Assembly: GCA_027347985.1 (NCBI GenBank)
Contig: DAIEQH010000001.1
Coordinates: 1 to 56,176, forward strand
Direction of reading: 5' to 3'
Origin: Candidatus Nomurabacteria bacterium
GTDB taxonomy: Bacteria; Patescibacteriota; Minisyncoccia; Phycocordibacterales; UBA9973
DNA: 56,176 nt
The position numbers and the translations under genes were made by a program. This document shows, in pieces, positions 17,233 through 25,045 of this stretch. Under the pieces are notes generated by a model. It was not told the origin of the DNA and did not search any database. It worked only from the letters and a program-made list of their open reading frames with translations. The stretch's first letter is position 1. Every line of letters begins with the position of its first letter.

Positions 17233-18936
17233 TTAGTAGACTTCCTGATTATAGCATCTCTCACAATAAATAATCTCCGGTCTATCTGGGGAATAAGAAG
17301 TCTCAAACTCATTAGCACATCCTTCCTTCATACAATGTCTATGCCAGAGTTTAAGAGGATTTCTTTGTTTAAGTCTATTATAGTGTCTACAGTTAGGACA
17401 TAAGTGTGGAATGGGTAGATTCATTCTTTTATAGAAGGATAGTTCATCTGGTATGATTTTGAAGGCTTCAGTACATTGTTCATTACATTTACCTTTATGT
17501 TCACATTCTATGACTTTATTGATGATAGAATCATCTACTTCTTTGATGTTATTAGGAATATCTTCATTTTTGATATCTATTTGATAGTTTCTTTCTTCTT
17601 TCTCTTTCCAACTATATCCTTCCTTTAGGGCTTCTTCCTTAGTTAAGGGGAAGTATTCTTGTGCTATGGTTTCATTGTAGGAAAAGGGACTTAATTCAGA
17701 TGGAAAGAACTCTCCATACTTATATATTCTTCCTTTTTTATCCACATAGGGCATATCGTTCATGTGCTCTATGATTTTGGGAACCAAAGCTTCGTATTCT
17801 TCTTTTGTATATTGTTTGTTTAGGATGCAGTATTGCTTGGAGCGGAGACCGATGCAGGCGAAGAGGTCGTGGGACCCCGAGCAAAAATCGGAATAAGTAA
17901 GTTCATTTGAATCTCCACATGTGTTAGAAAACTTCGTTTGATTCGTCTTCCAAAAACCGAGGTATTCATAACAAAGTTCCATAAATTCACAATAGTTTGC
18001 ATCATATACATCTTTCCCATCTATCATTCTAATACAATATTTTTGATCATCACATCTTTTCACATCAAAACATTCATGTACATTTTTTGACTGAATAATA
18101 TTATTTCCAGAAACATTTTTACATTGTAATTCTACAGCAAATTTATGTGGAATGGTTGCTTTAAGTTTCAAAAATTCCTTTTTTATTTTTTCAAGACCTT
18201 CTTTTGTATCTAGTAATAATTTATCTTTTTTATCTAAATATTCTTCTCTTGTATAAGTTTTATTAAAAATATTATATTTCTGTCCACGAAGCCCTACACA
18301 ACCTATACAATCTTGGCAGTTTTTACAATCAAAACAATAGACAAGATCAAGCGAATTTGAACATTCTTGAGAAAAAATAGAATGTGAAAGTTTTTCACAA
18401 TCAATACATTCATAACAATATTCAGATTCCCGAGCAAGATAAGTGTCTACACAATATTTTGATTCATATGGTGAACCATATAAACAATTTTCTACATCAA
18501 TAGAACCGAAGCACAGATAACATGCTTTACCGTCTGCAAAATAATTACAATAATCACAATTTTTTGCATTTGATATAATCAGTGCTGGTCTTGGTGTTTT
18601 ATCTAAAAGTTTTTTAAATTGGGAGAAAAAAGTTTTTTCAAAATCATAATTTATTCTGAAATCTATAGGATTCCATTTATCTCCCCACCAACAATCATGA
18701 CAATAAACTGGGAAAGATTTATCTTTTGAATACATTGAGATAATTTGTTTCTTGCATAATTCACATACACGATGGTATAGGGTCCTTTCATTTCTCGCTG
18801 AAAAACGTCTTTGCAATCTGCATTCCGGACAAAAAGTGGGCGGAGGAACTTTTATCTTTTCATAAAAAGAAAAGTCGTCTGTCTCTATTGTGAAGTCTTT
18901 CTTGCAATTCTGACAAGATTTTATTTCTTTTTGCAT
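17233..18936 (-). CDS. Cys-rich zinc-ribbon-capped protein, paralog 1
   Basis: 567 aa with 42 Cys counted. The N-terminus has CQNCKKDFTIE..FYEKIKVPPPTFCPECR plus CELC-x17-CHDC. There are two copies of the (CxxC)n..LRxKxY(C)IxNKxYTxEEY unit. The C-terminus has LCPNCR plus C-x4-C-x17-CERC. No signal peptide. Confidence 0.7.
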   Translation of the reverse strand: MQKEIKSCQNCKKDFTIETDDFSFYEKIKVPPPTFCPECRLQRRFSARNERTLYHRVCELCKKQIISMYSKDKSFPVYCHDCWWGDKWNPIDFRINYDFEKTFFSQFKKLLDKTPRPALIISNAKNCDYCNYFADGKACYLCFGSIDVENCLYGSPYESKYCVDTYLARESEYCYECIDCEKLSHSIFSQECSNSLDLVYCFDCKNCQDCIGCVGLRGQKYNIFNKTYTREEYLDKKDKLLLDTKEGLEKIKKEFLKLKATIPHKFAVELQCKNVSGNNIIQSKNVHECFDVKRCDDQKYCIRMIDGKDVYDANYCEFMELCYEYLGFWKTNQTKFSNTCGDSNELTYSDFCSGSHDLFACIGLRSKQYCILNKQYTKEEYEALVPKIIEHMNDMPYVDKKGRIYKYGEFFPSELSPFSYNETIAQEYFPLTKEEALKEGYSWKEKEERNYQIDIKNEDIPNNIKEVDDSIINKVIECEHKGKCNEQCTEAFKIIPDELSFYKRMNLPIPHLCPNCRHYNRLKQRNPLKLWHRHCMKEGCANEFETSYSPDRPEIIYCERCYNQEVY

Positions 18937-18960
18937 TTTATTAATTTAATCTAATTTTTT

Positions 18961-18995
18961 ACTAGAGCCTAGTGCCTAAAGCCTAATGCCTAGTC
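18961..18995. repeat. NNGCCTA heptamer array (site 2, single arm)
   Basis: agagcct-agtgcct-aaagcct-aatgcct-ag, abutting and overlapping the dnaJ stop codon. Confidence 0.8.
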
Positions 18996-19882
18996 TATAT
19001 CCCCTCTTTTTTTAGTTCTTCTAGGAGTTCGCGGGCTTTTTTGGAAAGTTTGTTGGGTACTTTTATTTTTACTTTTATATACAAATCTCCGGCTTTACCA
19101 TTTTTTATCGCTTCACCACCTCCCGTCATTCTAATCATTTCTCCATCGTGAATATTTACTGGCACATTTACAGGAATCTCTACTTGTTTACGCAAAACTC
19201 CTTTGCCTTTACAGACATCACATTTTTCTTTTGGTACTTCCCCAGAACCTAAACATTCTTCACAAATTTTGGTACTTGAAATATTTCCTAGAATCGTTCT
19301 TCTCACTTCGCGAATATGCCCTTGACCATTACAATATTTACAAGTTTCCATTTTAGTGCCAGGTTTTGCACCAGAACCATGACAAGTGTTACAACTAGAA
19401 GTTTTAGTAATTGAAATTGTTCTTTCCGTCCCTAAAATTGCTTCCGAAAAAGAAATTTGTATTTCTGTAGAAATGTCTCGTCCGCGTCTTTGTTCACGTC
19501 TGCCTCCACCCATTCCTCCAGTAAAAAAATCACTGAAGATATCGTTTAGATTTCCAAAGTCAAAATCTCCACCATTGCCTCCTTGAAAACCACTAAAATC
19601 CCATTGTCCGCCTCTGGAGGAAAAACCTCCAAAACCGCCTTGAGAAGCTCCGTAGCCACCAGCCCCCATATTTTCAAAATTAGAGCCGTATTGATCGTAT
19701 TTTGCACGTTTAGTGTCATCGGAAAGGACCTGATAAGCCTCGTTTATCTCTTTAAATTTGGCCTCATTACCCTCCTTTTTGTCGGGATGGTACTTCTGGG
19801 CCAATTTGTAAAAAGCCTTCTTAATTTCATCTTTAGAAGCGCCTTTTTCAACACCTAATGTTTTATAATAGTCTTTTTGCAT
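18995..19882 (-). CDS. dnaJ: Chaperone DnaJ, short form
   Basis: J domain [12 protein letters not shown], a G/F-rich linker, and four CxxCxGxG zinc-finger repeats. Only about 70 aa follow the zinc finger (295 aa total). Confidence 0.9.
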   Translation of the reverse strand: MQKDYYKTLGVEKGASKDEIKKAFYKLAQKYHPDKKEGNEAKFKEINEAYQVLSDDTKRAKYDQYGSNFENMGAGGYGASQGGFGGFSSRGGQWDFSGFQGGNGGDFDFGNLNDIFSDFFTGGMGGGRREQRRGRDISTEIQISFSEAILGTERTISITKTSSCNTCHGSGAKPGTKMETCKYCNGQGHIREVRRTILGNISSTKICEECLGSGEVPKEKCDVCKGKGVLRKQVEIPVNVPVNIHDGEMIRMTGGGEAIKNGKAGDLYIKVKIKVPNKLSKKARELLEELKKEGI

Positions 19883-19895
19883 AAGGTTATTATAC

Positions 19896-19974
19896 AGGCT
19901 TTAGGCTTTAGGCGCTAGGCTCTAGCTTTTAATTAATCAAGCTAATGCCTAAGGCCTAGTTGCCTAGGGCCTAG
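19896..19974. repeat. Inverted arrays of TAGGCNN heptamers (site 3)
   Basis: The left arm is aggctt-taggctt-taggcgc-taggctc-tagc. A 14-nt A/T spacer follows. The right arm is gcta-atgccta-aggccta-gttgccta-gggccta-g. Confidence 0.85.
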
Positions 19975-19978
19975 TTAT

Positions 19979-21469
19979 TTATATCATAGGTTCTGCTTCC
20001 TGAGAAGCCACCTTTTTTGTTTCTGTTTCAGAAGTTTTTTCTTCTCCTTCACTTTTATTTTTCTTCCCTTTTCCTTCAATTATTGCTTTCTCTTCTGCAC
20101 TTCGGATAATCGTTGCCTCTTCTTCTTCAATAAGTTTTTGTGCGTCACCTTTGGAGATTGAATATTTCCTGCGAGATGCATCTAAAATTTCTTGACGATA
20201 TGAAGGATGAGTCGGAGGTAAAACTCTCAAAGATTCTGCAGAAAATGGATCGTAAGATTCTCCGTCAATAGTCATTTTGATATAAAATTCTGCCACAGCC
20301 AAGTTAATCATATCTTTCACACCGAACAGAGGCTCGAATTCTGGTTTTAATTTGACGGCATCTTCTCCACCGACTCTGAAACAAATGAGACTTCCTGTGT
20401 TTCCGAGCACTGCGTGTTGCACTTGTGGAATAAGCTGTCCGATGTACTGGTGCGCTATTGTCAGATTAAGAGCATATTTTCTAGCTTCTGACAAAATGTT
20501 TTCAAATGTTTGAGTGACAATGTTGTGGAACTCGTCTATGTACAAATAAAAGTCTCGACGTTCTGCTTCTGGAATACTTGCACGCTCCATTCCAGCTTGT
20601 TTTATTTTCGTCAAGAACATTGAACCGAAGAAACTTGAATTTTCTTCTCCAATGCGTCCTTTGGAAAGATTAATGAAAATGATTTTCCCTTCATTCATTA
20701 AGTCGCTGATATCTATTTTGTTTTGTTTCTGTCCGAAAATATTTCGGAGCAATGGGTCAGAGAGAAATTGTCCGAGTTTGTTGACTAGCGGAATGATAGC
20801 GTCCGTATCAAACTTCTCGGACCAATCCGCGAATTCAATAGCGAAGAATCTTTTAACCATGTCGTCAGTAATATACTCCACCACTTTCTGTCTGTAATTT
20901 CTGTCCGTCAACATTGAAATCATTCCGCGCATTGTGGCATGAGGATAATCAAGAAGTGCAAGGCAAGTGAAACGGAAAACGTGCTCTAAACGAGGAGTCC
21001 AGTTTGCTCCGAATTGTTTCTGCAAGACTTCGATTAAACCTTGAGTCAATTGAAACTTGAACATAGGATCGACATTCGCAAGCGGATTGAAGGAAGCTGG
21101 AAATTCAACATCTCCCGGGTCTATGACACAAATATCTTCTATGCGCTCTTTCGGAATATAATCAAGCATCGCGTCTATGACATCTCCGTGTGGGTCTATC
21201 AGACAAAGCCCGTGATTGTAAGTGACATCCTGACGGATAAGGAGCTCCAAGAGCTTCGTTTTACCAACGCCAGATTTTCCTACTATATATAGGTGTCTTC
21301 TACGGTCTATGCGTTTAATACCAAAGATAAATTTCTTCTCTTCTAGAGAAGCCACATAATTTGTGCGCCCAATAAAAGAAACCTCCTCAGGTTTAACTTT
21401 TCCAAATACTGGTAATTCTGGTGGAGGTGGTCCATATTTGATTATTTGCACTCGGTTCTGTCTTAACAT
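19979..21469 (-). CDS. TraD/VirD4-like coupling-protein-type NTPase, soluble (ATPase 2)
   Basis: 496 aa. Walker A GKSGVGKT, LIDPHGD, Walker B FYLYIDEFHN and EARKYALNLTIAHQY. The C-terminal tail is acidic/Lys-rich. No TM segment. Confidence 0.75.
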   Translation of the reverse strand: MLRQNRVQIIKYGPPPPELPVFGKVKPEEVSFIGRTNYVASLEEKKFIFGIKRIDRRRHLYIVGKSGVGKTKLLELLIRQDVTYNHGLCLIDPHGDVIDAMLDYIPKERIEDICVIDPGDVEFPASFNPLANVDPMFKFQLTQGLIEVLQKQFGANWTPRLEHVFRFTCLALLDYPHATMRGMISMLTDRNYRQKVVEYITDDMVKRFFAIEFADWSEKFDTDAIIPLVNKLGQFLSDPLLRNIFGQKQNKIDISDLMNEGKIIFINLSKGRIGEENSSFFGSMFLTKIKQAGMERASIPEAERRDFYLYIDEFHNIVTQTFENILSEARKYALNLTIAHQYIGQLIPQVQHAVLGNTGSLICFRVGGEDAVKLKPEFEPLFGVKDMINLAVAEFYIKMTIDGESYDPFSAESLRVLPPTHPSYRQEILDASRRKYSISKGDAQKLIEEEEATIIRSAEEKAIIEGKGKKNKSEGEEKTSETETKKVASQEAEPMI

Positions 21470-21505
21470 ATATATTTATTTTACTACAAAATTGGCTTAA
21501 ATTCC

Positions 21506-21546
21506 ACACCTCACCCCAGCCCCTCTCCTTAGTAAAGGCGAGGGGT
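21506..21546. repeat. GC-rich palindromic mini-element, intergenic copy
   Basis: cacctcaccccagcccctctccttagtaaaggcgagggg. It belongs to the same family as 30903-30935 and, in reverse orientation, 56061-56096. Confidence 0.7.
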
Positions 21547-21548
21547 TT

Positions 21549-23234
21549 TTAGTATACTTCTTTATTATAACAACTCTTGCAATATATAATTTCTGGGCGT
21601 TCCGGTGCATAGCTTGTCTCAAATTCATTCTGGCATCCTTCTTTCATGCAATGTCTATGCCAGAGCTTAAATGGATTTTCTAATTGCAAACGTTCCTTTC
21701 TTCGACAATAAAAACATTTTCTAGGTATTGGAATTAAGTATTTTTTATAAAAAAGAAATTCATTTTTTGTAATTTTATAATTTCGATTACAAAGATCACA
21801 GGCTAGTACTTCATCTAATATAGATTCTTTAACTTCTAAAATTGAATCTTCTATCTGTTCTTTTTTAAGAGTTTCTTTATTTATTGTTTTTTGTACATCA
21901 TCCCACCATTTGAAACCATTATTAATTGCTTCTTCTTTGGTTAATGGAAAATATTCCATAGCTATAGTCTCATTGTATCCAAAATGTGATAATTTAGCAG
22001 GAAAAAATTCTCCATATTCTCCTGTTTTTTTCATATGTTCAATCAGTTTGTTTCTTAATTTAAAATACTCGTTTTTTGAATATTGTTTGTTTAAAATACA
22101 ATATTCTCCATGTTTGATAGCAGAACAACCAAATAGGTTTTTTGATGAATGGCAATTTTCAACATAGCTTGATTCTTGGCTTTTTAACGAATAAATAGAA
22201 AATAAAACTTGAAAATCGTGATCTGATGTGAGACTTTCATAAGACTCTGAACTTTTTCCACCAGGAGTAAGATCATAACTATCTTTTATTTCATTACTTC
22301 GCCAAATAAATCGTGAATCTTCTATTGCGCGGGACCAAAAAACATCTTTGGAATTTTTACTGTTTATTAAACCCTGTCCAGAGCATTTTACGCAATTTAA
22401 TATGTCGGCAAATCTTCTAATCTGCTTTTTCATAAATTCTGTAAACTCTTTTTTTGCTTTTTCTGATCCTGAATATGTTTCAAGATGATAATCTGCTAAT
22501 ATTTTTTCATATTTCTCTTTTGTATATTGCTTGTTCAAAATACAATATTTCTTTTGGCGTAAGTTTGCGCACATGAAACAATTAGAACAACCCTTACAAT
22601 CATAACAGAAAGAACAATCGTTGAGGGCAGAAGAATAGTAGCAATTTCGGCAATTGTAACAATGTTCCAAAAAAATTCCTTCATAAATAATTTGTGAGTA
22701 ATGAAAAATACCAAGACTGTCTACGACATCACTTGTTTCTGGACCTCCTATACTATAGCCATACATACAATCTTTGATAAACCAAGACATGGAGACCATG
22801 TAACAATTTTTAGCAAAAGTTACATTTTCTGTATATTCACAGTTTAGACTACCGATACCATCATCATTAAATAATGAGGGTAAGGGTACTTTGTCTTGCA
22901 ATTTTCTAAATTGTTCAAAAAAAGGTCGAGAAAAATCTAAATCCTGAGCATAACTTTTTGGATCCCATTTATCACTCCACCAACATTTATTACAATATAC
23001 TGTAAGCGACTTATCTTTATGATAAAGAGAAATTATAAGTTTTCCACACAAATCACAATTTCTGTTATAAAAAGTTATATCGTTACGCCAAGCCATTCTC
23101 CTTTGCTGTCTACATTCCGGACAAAAAGTCGGAGGGGGAACTTTTATCTTTTCATAAAATCCAAAATCATCTGACTCGATAGTGAAGTCTTTCTTACAGT
23201 TCTGGCAATTTTTTGTTTCACTTTTATATTCCAT
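21549..23234 (-). CDS. Cys-rich zinc-ribbon-capped protein, paralog 2
   Basis: 561 aa. CQNCKKDFTIE..FYEKIKVPPPTFCPECR, CDLC-x17-CNKC, two YCILNKQY(T/S)K units, and C-terminal CMKEGC-x17-CKSC. Confidence 0.7.
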   Translation of the reverse strand: MEYKSETKNCQNCKKDFTIESDDFGFYEKIKVPPPTFCPECRQQRRMAWRNDITFYNRNCDLCGKLIISLYHKDKSLTVYCNKCWWSDKWDPKSYAQDLDFSRPFFEQFRKLQDKVPLPSLFNDDGIGSLNCEYTENVTFAKNCYMVSMSWFIKDCMYGYSIGGPETSDVVDSLGIFHYSQIIYEGIFLEHCYNCRNCYYSSALNDCSFCYDCKGCSNCFMCANLRQKKYCILNKQYTKEKYEKILADYHLETYSGSEKAKKEFTEFMKKQIRRFADILNCVKCSGQGLINSKNSKDVFWSRAIEDSRFIWRSNEIKDSYDLTPGGKSSESYESLTSDHDFQVLFSIYSLKSQESSYVENCHSSKNLFGCSAIKHGEYCILNKQYSKNEYFKLRNKLIEHMKKTGEYGEFFPAKLSHFGYNETIAMEYFPLTKEEAINNGFKWWDDVQKTINKETLKKEQIEDSILEVKESILDEVLACDLCNRNYKITKNEFLFYKKYLIPIPRKCFYCRRKERLQLENPFKLWHRHCMKEGCQNEFETSYAPERPEIIYCKSCYNKEVY

Positions 23235-23277
23235 AATTCTTCATACCTACATACTCCAGTTTGTAAGGATGTTATTT

Positions 23278-25029
23278 TTAGTATACCTCTTTGTTGTAAC
23301 ATTTCTCGCAATAAACTATTTCCGGTCTGTCGGGAGCATAGGCTGTCTCAAATTCATTCATACATTTTCCTGAATGCTCGTGATTCTTTTTTTCGCACAT
23401 ACAAGTCCTGTGCCAAAGCTTCATCGGATTTCTTTTTCTCAATCTTTCTTCGTGTCGACAGATAAAACAAAGCCGTGGTAAAGGCACTCCTAGTTGACGA
23501 TATAAACTCAATTCATCTTTTGTTATTTTATATGCACCCAAGCAACGATCTATACATTTCCCTTCATGTTCGCAACCAATGATTTCATTGGTAATTGATT
23601 CTGGAATATCTTCTAAGCTATCCATTATATCTTTAGCTTTCATTGTCGTGACATATTCACTTATTTTTCTGTCTCTCCATTTATATCCCCTTTTTATTGC
23701 TTCTTCTTTAGTTAAAGGAAAATAATCTTGGGCCACTGTTTCATTGTAAGTAAAAGTTGAAAATTCCGCAGGGAAAAACTCTCCATACTTATAGACAATT
23801 CCCCTCTTGTCAACATAAGGAACATCGTCCATCTGCTTTTTTATTTTAGGAATGAGAGCTTCATATTCTTCTTTAGTGTACTGTTTGTTTAAAATACAAT
23901 ATTTTTTACTTCGAAGTCCGATGCAACCAAATAAATTGTCACAACCATGGCAATTGAAAGCATATTCAATATTATTAGAACTATAAACCACACTAGTGAA
24001 AAGATTACGGAAATTTCCTATGCCAGTGTTAAATGCTTCATATATCATTTCGCCTTCCCCTATCCCCGGTCCTGAGTCATAAACATCTTTTGCATAAAGA
24101 GCAACCCAGTGTATATATTTCGAATCTTCAATTCGTGTTCCTGATGCATCAAAACAAAACTTACAATTTTTTACCCCATCTAGATTATCTCCTGTAGAAT
24201 TCACCATTTTAGAATAATTAGCAAAACGATGTATTGATTTAATATAAAGTTCATTAAATTTCTTTTTTAACTCCAAAATGGTTTTATAACTTTTTAAATT
24301 TATTTTTGCTAAGCGACTTAAATATTCATCTCTACTTAGTTGCTCATTCCACATACAATATGATTTATTGCGAAGATTTGTACAACCAAAACAATTTGTA
24401 CAACCATGACAATCGTACAAAAAACATGAATCTACACAACTTTTACAATTAAATGAATATCTAGTTCGATAACAATCAGTGCAAAACAAACAATCATAAC
24501 AAAGTTCACAACGATAACAAACATAAAGATCTCCGCAATCTGTCGTATACGAAATTCTATTAGAATAAAAAGTTCTATCTATTCTCCAAGAACCAGAACA
24601 CATATAACTGTCTTTACTTCCTTCAGCTACATTACAATAATCACTATTGGTGGCTTTTATATTTGAAAGACATTGAATAGGGCTACTATTTCTCAATTCC
24701 TCCCACTGTTTAAAAAATGGTTTAGAAAAATCATATTCTTTACCGAGGGAAATAGGGTCCCATTCATCTCCCCACCAATATTTAGAATCAACTACTTTTA
24801 ATTTTTCATTAGGATGAATAAAAGAAATCAACATTTCATCATGCCCTGGAGCATCACATTTTCTTCTAAAGAAAGACATTTCGTTTCTCCAACACAAACG
24901 GCGAACGGTCCGACATTCGGGACAGAAAGTCGGCGGAGGAACTTTTATTTTTTCATAGAATAAAAAATCTTCTATTTCTAGAGTGAAGTCTTTCTTGCAG
25001 TTCTGACAATTTTTGACTTCTTTTTTCAT
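23278..25029 (-). CDS. Cys-rich zinc-ribbon-capped protein, paralog 3
   Basis: 583 aa. Same N-terminal ribbon, but the second (x17) ribbon has lost its cysteines. Two LRxKxYC..N.Q units. C-terminal C-x17-CEKC. Confidence 0.7.
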   Translation of the reverse strand: MKKEVKNCQNCKKDFTLEIEDFLFYEKIKVPPPTFCPECRTVRRLCWRNEMSFFRRKCDAPGHDEMLISFIHPNEKLKVVDSKYWWGDEWDPISLGKEYDFSKPFFKQWEELRNSSPIQCLSNIKATNSDYCNVAEGSKDSYMCSGSWRIDRTFYSNRISYTTDCGDLYVCYRCELCYDCLFCTDCYRTRYSFNCKSCVDSCFLYDCHGCTNCFGCTNLRNKSYCMWNEQLSRDEYLSRLAKINLKSYKTILELKKKFNELYIKSIHRFANYSKMVNSTGDNLDGVKNCKFCFDASGTRIEDSKYIHWVALYAKDVYDSGPGIGEGEMIYEAFNTGIGNFRNLFTSVVYSSNNIEYAFNCHGCDNLFGCIGLRSKKYCILNKQYTKEEYEALIPKIKKQMDDVPYVDKRGIVYKYGEFFPAEFSTFTYNETVAQDYFPLTKEEAIKRGYKWRDRKISEYVTTMKAKDIMDSLEDIPESITNEIIGCEHEGKCIDRCLGAYKITKDELSLYRQLGVPLPRLCFICRHEERLRKRNPMKLWHRTCMCEKKNHEHSGKCMNEFETAYAPDRPEIVYCEKCYNKEVY

Positions 25030-25045
25030 AACCTTCTGCTAGTTA

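Noticed and set aside
16301-19974. The TAGGCNN repeat arrays as a possible CRISPR array.
   Set aside because: The repeat unit is only 7 nt, there are no spacers of unique sequence, the arrays are 30-35 nt per arm, and no cas genes are present in the window.
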